Source: Lama guanicoe (Eukaryota). Taken from it: DNA of 64,000 bases. The notes under the pieces were generated by a model. That model had not been told where the DNA came from. It searched no databases and saw only the letters and a list, made by a program, of their open reading frames with translations. Below are positions 13,298 through 26,650 of this stretch, piece by piece. The stretch is from contig MU053881.1 in NCBI GenBank assembly GCA_013239625.1, forward strand, positions 11,731,957-11,795,956, given 5' to 3'. The position numbers were made by a program, and so were the translations under genes. Each line of letters begins with the position of its first letter. The stretch's first letter is position 1.

Positions 13298-16200
13298 ACT
13301 CATTAATTCATCACATTCTTATTGAATGCATTGTATTGTCTTCTTCTACCTACCAGGGAACCTCTCATGTAGAAGCTAATTTATACGAGTGAGTTCCTCC
13401 ATTCTTAAGTGTAAATTTTGCCTACTCCCCAGATCAGCTTTTTCCAAAGCATATTCCACTGAATAGTTGTAATAGGAAATAGTCTGCCAAAAAAGAGCTC
13501 CATGGGTTTGGGAAATGTTACTTAATCCATTCCCTTCTTGTTTATTTCTATTAAGGTTGGGCACCTTAAAGGCTCCATACAGGTCAACAATGGCTAAACA
13601 GAACTAAGAGTGCCTAGAATACGTGCATTTTTTATTTTGATCATTGAAAAATTACCCTCCAAATCGATTATATTCCTCATATTGCCCCCCAAAGTGTAGG
13701 AATATGATCTTATAACAATTAGGAATACATTGATATCACAGATTCTCTCTTTCTAACCCCTGATTTTCGGTGAATAAAACTGAGGGACAGAGAGAGAACT
13801 ACCCAAAGACATAGTTTACAAGATGAATTCAAACAAATCTCTTAGTGAACCTGTGTGAGCAGGTTTCTAAAGTTGGAAATACCAGTTACTGAGACCCTTC
13901 TAAATATTAATTATGATGTCAAATATTTATTTACACAATTTTTTCTGATATCCTCTTAGCCAGTCACTAACATATTTAATATTCACAAAGCTAGCTCAGA
14001 GAAATTGAGACAGTTGCTGAATGTCACAAAGCAACAAGAGGTATTCTCACCTCTTTATGCCTCTCTCCCTGATCTGCCTGAATTTGATTAGACATTTTTA
14101 GTGCAAGCTCTGTTGAACTTTGCAGCCATGGTAGGTAAATCAGAATGGGGCTTCAGGTTACATTTATTAATAAAAATATTTGATTCTACTGTAACATGTC
14201 AAATCATACAAGAGAAGCATTAGCGCTATTAGTCTATGGGGAATAGAAGTAAATTGGTCCTCAGTCTTTGTTTCCTATTATTTATGATAAGATCTCCTGT
14301 CTAGCAGGGAAATCTCAGCCAGTATTTGTTTCAGAGATGATTCTCTTCCAGCGGAGGGGGACAACCTCATCAGAGATGTCTGGATACAATCCTTGAGGGT
14401 CAGATCACTGCCCAGTTCAGTGGGATCAGATCATGACAGTGTCCTACTTTGCATGCTCCTAATCATTGTCCCTGGACTTATCAGTCATGATAAATGCACT
14501 GCATATTATACGCCCTCCTCCACATCTTTCTTTTATCAGAAGTTCCCTAGGTTTCACTTTTCCCAAGTACATTGATTCAAAAATTATTTGGAACAGGTCA
14601 CAAATACTGACAGAAATAAGATAGCTCCAAAATCTTCTCTGCTCCCTTCCCCAGGGAGCTGATACAGAATCACTACCTACAACACAGTTTCCAGGGCTGG
14701 GTCCTGTCCTGTTACATGTGTACTGAGTAATGGATTTTCCACCGTTTCCCTTAGGACAGTACTTCTGAATCCAATTCTCTCTGTCAGAACATTTTTTACC
14801 ACATTCTATCAGGGTCCTCTCTTCCTCTCACATTTCAGCATTCCATCCCATCACTCGTGGTTCTGTCCTCCCTGCCAGGGTAAATAATCACAATCTCCTT
14901 CGGTTTCTCTCTCTGTCGCCCTGCCACTGCTTCCCTTTGTTGTTCATTTTATCTTGTGTTTTCATGGCTGGTGACTTTATTTCACTTTTGTAGTAAGGCA
15001 AGCCCACCAATCCCTTCATTTGCATATTTCCCAAATACATAAAAGATGTTTAAAATTCTAGAATCCCATGATTTGGATTTGTTTAAAGAGCAGCTTTAGA
15101 TATAAAGCAATTGCATTCCTTAAATCATGGGAAGAAAGATGAGCATTATGAATTTTTTAAAAGGAAGAAGAAAAGGAAAAAATCGGCCTGTCTTTACTAC
15201 TTTCAAATGCAAAACCATCGACAACAAGCGCAGGTACGTTCTTCCCCAGAATGAATACAGAGAAAAGCCTATTCCTCCAGGAAAGATTTGGAAATACTTT
15301 TTAAGCTTACTGAGGTCTTGTGGAGAATTACGATTACAACAAACCTGGGAAATGACTGTTATTACAGAATGCCTGCAAAAACGTTTATTTTATGCCAAAG
15401 AGCTTAGCTGATTTGGAATTAAATCAAAAGAGCCTTTGTGTCTCTGAGGTTGAGCAGTTTGTTGTTTTCTTTTGGCAGAGCACGAAGAGGTTCAGCTGAC
15501 ATGGTCTCTAGACCTGTCACCCCACATCCCCGTGGACAGCGTCAGGTTATATTGTACAGACAGACATGCAAGCAATTGGCTATATCTGAGGACTGCAACT
15601 ATATTGTGACTACCATGGGACACCCAGTGCAGTATTTCAGTGGTCCCTTTTAAGTTGTAGCATTAAGTTGTTAATGTTCCTTTAAAATTGATTGTTATTG
15701 TCAATGCATACTCACGTTTACAGAAAGAAACTTCCTGCATTCTTTCTCCCTTGTTACATTTTTTAGTAGTCTTTGATATTTGTACATTGCAAAAAAGTTT
15801 AGATTTCCCGTAAGACAGTATTATCTCATTACACTTTGGTAAGGAGTCATTTAAAGACTTTAGGGGTTCTAATTCTCAAAGTTCACTCAAATTCAGGACA
15901 TATACAATCTAAAGTGACACAATAACAAAATGTATCCCAGTAAGGTTTGAATACTGCTCAAGCAACCCTACATGATTCAAATGAGGTATATGGAGTATTC
16001 AAGAAGCATTCTTTGGCCAATATTACAATTTTTGTCTTTCTTCTTTCTTCTTCTCTTCTCCCTCCTCTGCCTCTTCCTCCTCAGTCTTCTCTACCTCCTC
16101 TTTCTCTTTGCCAGATCAGATGATAATAAGATTTAAAACTATTAACTATTAAACATAGTATATGCAACTCTTCAGATACAACAATTTTCTCCACCCAAAG

Positions 16201-16875
16201 TCATCATTATAACTAAAAGTAACATATTATATGTAACAGGATCTAACTTTCAAAAACAGAATTAAATATCCATCTGATCAAACAGAAGACACTGCCCTTG
16301 ACTAAAAGCCACGTTTTTTTAAAACACCAAATTCATGACTGAACAATCCTTGGCCATCTTGCACCTTATTTTATCATCCACCAACTGGTGCCAAATTTAC
16401 TTTAATAACTACTTGGTAGGAAAATCAAAAGGATCAAATGGATTGATAAGTGGGGAACACTTAAATTACTGAGTGCTAGGTGGTAGAGGTTGGGGTGATT
16501 TTATATCCATATATACTTCATATTACTTTCCAAATTGTCTGAAATTTATTTTGGGGAAAAAAAAAGTCACGCATTATAAACTGCAAAGTGCTGTGCAACT
16601 GCATCATTAATAAGGATAACTATTTGGTGGAGGTAGAAGTTCTTGGAAGCAATTAAGAGAAGAGTAAGAAAGTAACATTACATAATAGTGATAGTATAAA
16701 TATGAAGACTAATTTTGCATATGTAAGGGGAGGGAATTACACCATAAAGAAAAGTTTGAGGAATTTCTCAATTCTGGGAATGGGGAGTTTTACTCTAAAA
16801 TTAATTTATTCTCATTTTAGAAAGATGTAATTACAAATAAGAAAATCACAGCAACCTTCGCATTTCATTACTTAC

Positions 16876-17054
16876 GGCATTGTAAAATATATCAAATATA
16901 ATTTCTGTTTCTCCTTTCCCATAGGGATTAGTTTAGAGATTCAAAGAAAACTCCAGCATGGCCCAAGGGTGCAAAGCATTTTACAGCACATCTTTGTTTT
17001 CTCAGAACAGTCTAGGTATTAGCCACCGAATCATTAACATCCATTTAACGTACT
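16876..17054 (-). other. Candidate 179-nt exon
   Basis: Minus strand: ttgtaatttccttcag|AGTACG...AATGCC|gtaagt, in TE-poor sequence. Confidence 0.2.
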
Positions 17055-18504
17055 CTGAAGGAAATTACAACTGGTCTAACTTCAACACTTCACCTTGGAT
17101 TTGTTCATTCTCTGCCCCAAGAAGAAAAAGCATGCAAAGTACACACAGGGATGAAAACCTAAAAACTTGTCCAAATGTTCCACTGGAGGAAACTTACTGC
17201 CTGCAGGGCTCACAAACTTATTTAAATGCTACACAAGTACCAACAGTTTAGAAGTAAAGCAGAGAAGACTGACCCAACTGCTTTTCCCAACTTAGATTAT
17301 AGAAATAAAAATTTCCATAGTTTTGCATATAATAATGTCATTTCAAATAGTTTACTTGTCCTAAAGTACATTTTGTAGTTGTGTGCACAGCCACAAAACT
17401 TAAATAATGTTTACATGTTCACATTTACTTCACATAAAGCTATAAAAGTTACATGCTTGTAGCTAATATTTTATCTAAAAATAGTTTGTGCTTTCCTTTC
17501 AAGCAGGTGTGTGGAGGGGTGCTGGGTGGTTGGGGTGTGTATGAAACAGAGACTATTTCTTTTTTTTTTTTTAATCAAAAGACTGGATATGTATTCTGGC
17601 AATTTTGAGACATAGATTCTAATTATTATTTCAAAGTTATTCCTTTCTCTGAGTAAATCATAGCTCTAATTACAGGCAGAGAGAAACATATCCAATATTG
17701 TGGAATATTTATGCAAAATACTCCTCTTAGCACTTACAGCTAAACTATAATGTCTTGTACAGCTTATACAGCAATTTCCAAAAGAATATTATTCACTTTG
17801 GCCTTTCCTTTCTTGTTCAATATGTATAATGGCTGATGAGAGTACAATTTCATTTTCAAAAATTGTAAATCTTGGCTGGTAATTAATGCAATTCTACCAT
17901 CTGCGTTCTTTAACCAAAAAAGGTACAAGTCTTGTTGCATGAGCACTCACTTTTCCCTGAAAAATCTCTGGATTTTTCTGAACAAGATATTTACAGATCT
18001 ATCTAATCACAAATTTTATTGTGTTTTTGAGAGTTAAGGGCATGTGGTGTTTTCTCTTAAGAGAGGATTCACACAGTTAATTTCTTCTATATGATACATT
18101 TTTAAAACACAGAAAGCCAAGAGGTGATACCAATTTGTGACTTATTTCAGTAGGACTTCTCTCATTGTCCCCTCTGAAAAATGGGGAAAAAAATTGTGTA
18201 ACTGGGCACACAGCTTCATTATCAAAATAAGAAATGACATCTTCACTGTGTAGACTTTAGGAGTACCTAACACACTTTATTACTGAAAAAATGCTATATA
18301 TTAACATAGAAAATTTAGATGTATAATTTCTGACTTCTAGAATATTCTCAGAGAGCAATGAAGTAGTTACTCTCTTATTCTCTCTCTCTACATATATGTA
18401 CATGTATGCATATATATATATAAACATGGCATTTATAAACACATACATTTTTAGGCTGTGATTACATATAGTAAATATAAATTTCAGCAGAGTAGACTTA
18501 TGGG

Positions 18505-18674
18505 AGTGTTACTTAATCCACCTGTATCTGAATCACTGAAGAGCTTGCAAAAATGCAAATTAATGACCACATTCTAGATCAAATGAATCAGAATCTCTGG
18601 GCGGATAATCAGAGATTCTACACTTTTTACAAGTTTCTCCATTTTTACACCTACATCAATTTGAAGAACACTGG
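18505..18674. mobile_element. MER5-like hAT-Charlie MITE
   Basis: gaatcactgaagagcttg...aaaatgcaaatt...gaatcagaatctctgg...tttgaagaacactg. Confidence 0.7.
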
Positions 18675-19459
18675 TAAGTGCATTTACCGTGGACCAGGAT
18701 CTAAGAAAACTATTGACTGTTTATTTCCCCCAGAATTATAAGCATTTAGTCTTACTTTTTCTTCCACTTCTTCTTTACCAGAGATTGAATTTATAAATTT
18801 AAAATCTCCTTATAACTCTCATCAAATACATGGCTTTAAAAATTCTTGACCAAGTTAAGTTTTAGCAAATAGCTGTAAAAGTCAATTAAATACTGTCCAC
18901 CTCTTCCCATTTGAAGAAATTTATTTTATGTAAATACTGAAAAAAAAAACAGCTCAGACTATTTCTAATCAAATAAAAAGCTATTTAAGTGCAAGGGGCT
19001 AAGTTATAATTGCTCTGGGAGCAGTGATGTTGAGTTTTCTGGCTTTTGTAGATTTATGTTCCAAGTTATGATGCTGAGTTAACAATTTTGCTTTGGGGCG
19101 AATATATAAACACCTGTAAGATAAGGATTTCAAACTTCCTGAGGATCGTATTAGAAATGAATTGAGGCTTAGAGTGCAATTACAACTTTAAGTTCCAAAC
19201 CACTGTATAGTTAGAAACTGTTAGAAAAGATTGTCAATCTGTGCTGCAGGCTCTGGGCCAAATTTCTATAGTCGACTCAAAAGTCTGTATTGTCTATCCT
19301 GTTTGAAGGTAACATTGCTGACCAGGGCTGTTTTCCAGAGCCAATTTCTCAACATCAGATACACTGGATTGCTCACATTGATTAGTAAGATGTGGGGTGT
19401 CGGATGTTTTGGTTCTATGCTTCTAAGAATAGGGGCACAGAGAAGACATACATTCAACA

Positions 19460-19464
<5 letters not shown>

Positions 19465-19506
<42 letters not shown>
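19465..19506. repeat. (GT)21 microsatellite
   Basis: Seen directly. Confidence 0.97.
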
Positions 19507-19510
<4 letters not shown>

Positions 19511-19533
19511 CTTAATGTACTCCCAGAACTTAC

Positions 19534-19631
19534 CTGCCAAGCACTTTGGGACTTTTTTGACTGAATAGGTTTCTTGTATTTTACAAGAGAGAGCTTGCAA
19601 AAGGTACTCTGACTTGAACGTTTGTTCACTA
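19534..19631 (-). other. Candidate exon defined by a perfect donor; 5' boundary uncertain
   Basis: GGCAG|GTAAGT (GT at 19533-19532), followed about 27 nt later by (CA)21 on minus. The acceptor is weak. Confidence 0.25.
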
Positions 19632-20039
19632 CTAGAACTCATTATTTCCCCAAACTATTTATTGATCTTAAGTGTCCTTCAGTCTCCCTATTTCTGAGTC
19701 AATCAAATGGAACTCCACTATGAAAATATTAGCAAAATAAAAATTATGATAATACTAAAAACATCAAAGTAAGTAATGGAATTCTCAATTAAATTCCAAA
19801 CACTTGCTGAATACCTGCTACTTACCCTGCACAATATGGAATACAAAAATACATATGACCACATTACTATCTTCAAATAGCATTAAGTTACATTTATGGA
19901 GGAAGCCTGAAAAGGCATATGTCTTACAGTGTGTAGAATTACACAGCCTGGTGGGAAGACAGGAACTAATCCTCCAAAAAACAATTTGACTACATTTACT
20001 TTTAAGAAAGTAAAATTAGTCATTCATTTCATATAAATG

Positions 20040-20320
20040 GTACAGGCAAGATAGTGAGGTTCTTAAGAAAGAACTTGAGAGCCAGATACCTACTAACTCA
20101 TGACCCTAATATTTTAATTGTTACCTGATTTTTCTGTGCCTCGTGTCCACTTCTATACGAAGGGTCTAATAACAGTGGCCACTCCTTAGAGTTGTTATAG
20201 AATTAAATGAGATATATCTATATGTATGCAGATACGTAGATATTTGAATATAAACTACTTAGAAACCTTAGAAGAGCACCCAAAACATAAGCAATTATGT
20301 ATATATTTATGTTTATTTTT
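20040..20320 (+). mobile_element. MIR SINE
   Basis: ttctgtgcctc...gttgttatagaattaaatgagata. Confidence 0.65.
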
Positions 20321-20568
20321 AAAAACATACAAATAAGCACAAAAAGAGTTTATGAGCTAGTATGAAATCAGGTTCAGTAAATGTCCACTTGTGATCATTA
20401 TGATGAGAATTCTTGGCTCCCTGAAAGCTCTCTCTATAGAACATCAATCCGAAATAATTAGAAAAGCTTGTCATTAAGTCTACACATAAATCTGAATTTT
20501 CAGATACAATAGTAGACTATGGTCAGTTAATAAAGGAGATTAACCAGTTTTAAAAATATATGTAGCTG

Positions 20569-20696
20569 AGATGATGTTCACTAAACTTATCGTAATAATT
20601 ATTTCATGAGGTATGTAAGTCAGATCATTATGCCATATAATTAAACTTATACAATGTTGTATGCCAATTATATCTCAATAAAACTGGAAGAAAAAA
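20569..20696 (+). mobile_element. 5'-truncated L1 3' end with TSD
   Basis: ...aacttatacaatgttgtatgccaattatatctcaataaaactggaagaaaaaa. TSD ATATGTAGCTG at 20558-20568 and 20697-20707. Confidence 0.85.
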
Positions 20697-20996
20697 ATAT
20701 GTAGCTGGATTAGAAGAGGCAAAAGAAGACTTAAGAGGTTTCATTTTTCCAATGTCTGTTTAGGAATTCTTTAGTCCTTTTAGTGCTTATCACATTAATC
20801 ATTAATTTATTTTGTTTTATAAGCCTTTTTTACATGTAAGTTTTCTTTTTGAGATGAAGGTTCTGCTCTTCTATTCTTAAACACTCAACAATATGAAAAG
20901 GATAAAAGTTCTAGGTTTCTTACCTAAGTTTTACTCAGTAGAACTAATAATTTATCAAGAAATGCTAGTTTGAATGCGGTATTAAACTATGTATTT

Positions 20997-21600
20997 GTAT
21001 CAGAGCTTTCTCTCTTGAAAGTATTATAGTACACAATAGAATCTGACTAAGGAGAATAAACAGACACACAAAGAGGATTTATTGCCTCATGAATTTAGAA
21101 AGTACAGCAGCTGGGAAGACTTCAGGTGAAACTTTATTCTGGGGATTCAGATAGTGTCATCTTAGTTTAGAAACTTAGTTTCTCTCTAACTAAATCCTCC
21201 TCATCTCCTCGTGTTTCTTTCACTCCATGACAGTCTCTCCCCTAATAGTAACAGGAAGACCATGAGCTTCTCCTGGGGCTATATCCTTTGGGATTCAACA
21301 AATGTGATGGAAAATGTAACACAGCAACATCAAAAAAAAATTTTCAGATTTTTAGCCGAAGCAATTCCAACAAAGCTCTAATTCACAGGCTTCATTCACC
21401 AGCCCAAACCTGAACCAATCACTGTGGAGAAGGAGCTCTAATATGCTGATGGCTGTGGCCCTGTGTTACATCATCTACCCATGAAACAGATAATAATGTC
21501 CCATCTAAGCCATGTGAATCAACAGGGGTAAATGTGGATCCCCCAGGGAACACCCACGCTATTTTAAGAAGGAACAGTAAATCACTAAAAGAAAATTGGA
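20997..21600 (-). mobile_element. MaLR LTR (MLT1K/L-like)
   Basis: ggatttattgcctcatg...cttcagg...ccaaacctgaaccaatcactgtgg...atgctgatggct. Confidence 0.65.
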
Positions 21601-21908
21601 TCTCTTGTGTTGGGAGGCAAAGATCCATTTCTAACACAGCATCAAAGATGGCCCTACAAGCACAATCCCTTCCCTCCAGTTTGCAATTGCTCTGTAATTT
21701 TATTCAATTTAGTAAATAAGAATAGAATGTCTACTAGTTGATATTGAAATAGATGATGATAAAAATCCAAAGATAAAATATAATTCTGTCCTTAATAAAT
21801 TCAGGACCTAGGAAGAGAACCATGTATATGTATTTTCTATATATTTATGTATAATATACAACACGTATACATGTATTCAAGGAGAACTAGGTATTCTTGC
21901 ATTTAACA

Positions 21909-22155
21909 CAGTGATTCTCAAACTATCTGAGTTGAAGAACTGTTTACTGTCTCATGTTCCATTATAGAATAAAACTTTTGTAAAATGTAGTAAAATTAAT
22001 TACTAGGGAAAAATGATCAAACACCTGAAGACAACAAATATCAAATTGCTATTAAATTTTCTAAATCCTTTCTCTTAAATCTACACTTATTCTATGTTTA
22101 CAAAGTGTTTACAGACTGGCTCCTGTATAGAGATCATAGTTTGCAAAGCAAAGGT
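21909..22155. mobile_element. hAT-Charlie type DNA transposon remnant
   Basis: Begins cagtgattctcaaact, the typical hAT TIR start. Confidence 0.5.
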
Positions 22156-22356
22156 TTTTTAGTAGGTATTGAATTTGTTAAAGATGTTTATTAACAATGC
22201 TAAGCATTGTGATTATGGTGGCAAGGGGATGAAAAGCATGAGGGGATAATAGATAATTAGGTCCCTGTCTTAAAGGAAATCCTCTTTAAAAGACTCTCTT
22301 AAATGTCTGCTTGGGAAAAGAAAACAACAACAAAATTAATTTTTTTAAATGATTGT

Positions 22357-22459
22357 CAGGAGTCAGCAACTTTTTTAAAATAAAGGGCCAGATAATAAAT
22401 ATTTTAGGTTTTTAAAGTCATCCAATTCCTATTACAACTATTCAACTTGCCAGCCCCTG
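22357..22459. mobile_element. MER58A-like MITE, internally deleted
   Basis: caggagtcagcaact...aaagggccagataataaatattttagg...ttgccagcccctg. Confidence 0.7.
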
Positions 22460-22890
22460 ATCTAGGTCTTCAGTTGTAGCAGATCGAAAACCCAACACAG
22501 ACTTATCTCAAAAAAATAAAGAATTTATTGACTGGTAACTAAAAATCCAGTATCTAGCTTCATGTAAAGCTTAATCCAGGGGCTCGAACTCTGTTAGCAG
22601 GATGTGTTTTCTTTCATATCTCAGTTTTATCTTCCACTACATTATTTTCTGTCTCAGGCAGGGGACTCAGGAAAGTTCCAGGCTCATCTCATTCCTATTG
22701 CTACAGTCCCATTAGGAATGAGAGAACTCCTCTTAGGGATAGAAGTCTCATTGTGGTTGTTAGCTCTAACTATGCCACATACCTATCTTTGAACCTAAAA
22801 TTTAGATATGGGTTAATTCCTGAGGAAGAAAAAAATTGGATGTTTCTGTTACTAAAAGAATAACGTCCATAAAAGAAAACAAAGACCACA
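22460..22890 (-). mobile_element. MaLR LTR (MLT1-type)
   Basis: gaaaacccaacacagac...gaatttattgactggtaact...tagcttcatg...atccaggggctc. Confidence 0.6.
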
Positions 22891-23159
22891 AAGCCTGAGA
22901 CATCACAAGATTGGACTAGGTTTCGTAGGTCAGTGTTGTCAGTGTATGTTTTAAGTGTAAGAAAATGGCCAAGGGCTAAGATGCCCATTGTTGGCTAGTG
23001 CAGGAGGTTGTGACTGGAACCAAAATAAAGGGTGAGATCTGAATAGGCAGTAGAGATGAAGGAAAACAACATTTTCTGTGCACAAAGCATGCACAACAGA
23101 AAGACACATGGCATTCCATTGACTGTGCTTAGCCTGGTAGACAGAAACACACATTTTGG

Positions 23160-23330
23160 TATCATATCTGGATTTAATTTATAGCTGTGCCAATTAAGAG
23201 TTACATAAACTTGGACAAATTGCTTCATTTTTTTCTGAGCTTCAGTTCCTTTACCTTAAAATGAAGATACCTGATTCAAGAGGTTATGTGAGAAGTAAGC
23301 GCACATGAAGTGCTCCAAAAGTAGTGGCTA
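23160..23330 (+). mobile_element. MIR SINE
   Basis: ttggacaaattgctt...tctgagcttcagttcctt...taaaatgaagata. Confidence 0.65.
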
Positions 23331-25171
23331 CTCTTTCTATGATTACACAAGTCTGGCTGAAATCCTGGTTTCGTTTCACAGGAGTCAAGGAAATGCCCTT
23401 GGGAAGGAAGCTTGGGCTAGTAAAAGAGCAGGGCCTTGAAAAGAAAATAGATTTTGACTCTGTTCTTTGTAGGTATGAGAAGCAAGGAAAGATTTTGGAG
23501 CTAGAAAATGACATAACGTAATTGACATTTTTAGGGAGCCTTTCTGGCAATGAGAGATCCATGAAGACTTGAATATGAAAGAAGCCGGACAAAGATAGTT
23601 CTGTTCAGGGAACTCCATGGTCAGTGTTTTTAAATGTCTATTGTGAAAATAGAGGTTTCTTTTAAAAGCCTGTCCCACATATTTTACCTGACATTTCTCA
23701 ATATTCTATGAAATATAAAGACATTAATGCCAGATCCTTACATAGTGAAAGTAGCAGAAAAAGATGTTTTCTGCAAATGAGTGAGGACTTGAATGACCTT
23801 CACCTTCCATTAGCAACAACTGGAATCTCTAAAGGGGCACTGGTAAGAAAGGAATAATGAGAATGGGAAATGACTACAAAAAGGAAAGTCTATTAGGAAT
23901 TTCCTGTAAATGGCAGGAGTAAATTATAAAATTACTTTCTTTCAAATGTGGGAGTAATTATAAAATGCCAGGTTTGACATCAGAAAATATTCAGAAATTT
24001 TAAAAGAAGGAAACATAACACAGAAAATCATCTCCTACTATAATGGCAATGCCCCTTCATTCCACACTGGTGAGGGCTCAACCAAAAATACATTTTCATT
24101 TTCCTAAGGTGGTATATGCTTAGCGTTCACTATATTTCTAGTATTTATTCACATAGGCTTCAATCACCAGAGAGAAGCATTTACTAGCTTGATAAGTTCT
24201 CATCCATTTACTTGTTTTTTTTCTCTGCCTCTATTTCTTCTTCTGTTTCTCTGTCTATGGGATGTTATTTGAAACATGACAGATTACAGGTCACCATAAT
24301 GCCACTGTTGTGGGAAAGCCCAGTTATACAGACAAATATGCAAACTATTTATTTTTGTATTATTTGATTTTAACCAAATCTTAAATCCTTTATTGCAAGT
24401 ATGTATGTGGATTATGTTCTGACCAACTGAAATATATGCAATGTGGCTTCATAACCACAGGTGCTGGCAGAAATCATAAATCTTACTTTACAGATTGGGC
24501 GTCTAAGAGAGGGAGAGAGGGAAAGAGATTAAGTGGATTGCCTAAGGTCACAAGCTGAAGCTGTCTCCTAGTAAGGTTTCTTAATTCTGCCGTTTGTGCC
24601 TGCAATCATTCAATCCATTTTGATGTTGGAAATTGTAGAGTCAGATTCTTTATCTCCTAAACTACATCTTCAGGCAGTGTGAGATTCTGACAGGTGACAA
24701 GACTATGTCTGAAGTGATAGCTCTCTTCTTGGCTGGTGCAGGGAACTGGGAAAAAAATGGAATTTCCATTAGATTCCATGGTCAAATATCCAGAATGACT
24801 ACACAGCAGAAAAGGTTTAACTTTGGGAAGTTTTGTAAGAATTTTGTAAAATAGGGTCTAATCAAATCATTAAAATGACTGAACATGATCAGACTTGGCA
24901 TGCTCTATTATCAATGGGTTATATTTAAGAACTAACATAAAATTTCACTATACACCTTTATATTTGGAAAAACTCTTTGTGCGTCCATTTGCTTTTTTGC
25001 CTATATTCTGTTATGCCTTATGTGATGAGTGGTAGCTGATAGTCGCTTTAAAATAAAATCAGGACAATCAATCCAGGTTTCCTTATTTGAATATACTGTA
25101 CTCTCTAGCCAAAGAACAAGCCCTCTCTAGTCAAAGACTAACAATGATGATGGCTGTATCTCTACATGTCC

Positions 25172-26172
25172 GTAACCCTTTGCATTTCACAAAGCACTTT
25201 TATGTGATTTATCTTCTTTGGCCTCCATAACTGCATGAGTTGCTTTTCTGTTATTCTCATTTTAAACACAGAGAATCTCAGACTCTTGAAGGTTAATTTT
25301 CTTGCCCAAAGCTTCCCAACAAGTTATGCTTCTTAGCCACTGAGGGAACAGTTGTTTCATCAAATCTAAAAGATCATCAACAAGAGACGCACTATCATTT
25401 TATATTTCACTGAAAAATCCTATTATAATGATGATATTATTTTCAGTTTTATGATGTATTCCAACTTCAAGGATGTTAAAAATGTTTAAAAATATGTCTA
25501 AAACAGGTGCAACCTGATTAATTATCATGCCATTCCATCACTGGAATCCTGGTCTTGACCACCTGGCTTCTCTAAAAAGTGATCACCATGGATCATTTCC
25601 TTCTTAAAATGTATTCACCACTAATTCCTCTGAAATCTGGAACCTGTCAGTCTCAGACTTCTCTTTCCCGTAGTTAACAATGTTCACACAAACAAAGCTG
25701 AATCCTTTTTTTCAACTGATAAACACACACAGATAACTTTCAAAATTAAATATCTAACTTCAGCATCCTTGTCTCGTCCTGTTTGCCTTGTCTTGCCTCT
25801 TCAACTTTCTTGAATGGTCTCCTTTCATTCCAAATTCAGTATTTCTAAAACTAAAGTCATTCTCTCTCTCTTAATAACAACAACAAAAAGCAAACAAGAT
25901 AACTAAACTCCTTTCTGACTTGTAATGTTTATAAAAGGTATAACATTTCCTCACTTGGTCTGTTGAGAATCCAGGGGATAGTGTTTTTTATTAAAAATAA
26001 TACAATTGCTTCAAAGTGGGTCCCTAAAAAGGTCATTTTGGAAAATAAAATGTAACCCTTTGCATTTCACAAAGCACTTTTACATAATTTATCTTCATGG
26101 GCTGCTTTTATATTATTTCCATTTTAAACACACAGATTCTCAGGCTCTTGAAGGTCAACTGTCTTGCCCAAA
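25172..26172. repeat. Direct duplication of a MIR-derived segment (25172-25310 and 26052-26172)
   Basis: 31 bp identical start gtaaccctttgcatttcacaaagcactttta, then collinear similarity through cttgcccaaa. Confidence 0.85.
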
Positions 26173-26439
26173 TGCATTGATTTATACAAGGATGTCCACT
26201 GTGGGTTTAGTTTTTTTTCCCCCCAGAATTGGACTTCTGGGATTTTTTTTTTATAGTATGTCAATATCATATTTAGGTGCATCAATACTGTATTTGAAGA
26301 AACATGGAAGCTCCTCCCAAAATGATCCTCTTAAGTGCCAGTTAAATGGTATTAACCATCTCTACTATAACCAAAAGGTTTGATTTTCTATTCATATGTA
26401 TATAAAGCATTTTAGGTCACAGAAAAGTGACCTGATATA

Positions 26440-26650
26440 GGTCCTCCTGCACAATACACATTCCTATTTTTCATCACACCATTTTAAATTTTATTCTTTC
26501 ATCACTTATTTAATTGTTCTTTATTTGTCTCCCTTAAATACATGTTCCATAATTGCTGAATGCATGGATGTCTCGGTCACCTTTGAATTCCCAGCATCTA
26601 GAACAATGCCTGACATTTAAAAGGCATTTAGTATTCTACTGCATACTGTA
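26440..26650 (+). mobile_element. L2 3' end
   Basis: ttcccagcatctagaacaatgcctgacat. Confidence 0.65.

Noticed and set aside
15127..15653. 94-aa and 71-aa plus-strand ORFs
   Set aside because: No recognisable homology and no coherent exon structure.
23908..23966. Imperfect short direct repeat (ggagtaa..ttataaaat)
   Set aside because: Ordinary slippage-type duplication with no motif of note.
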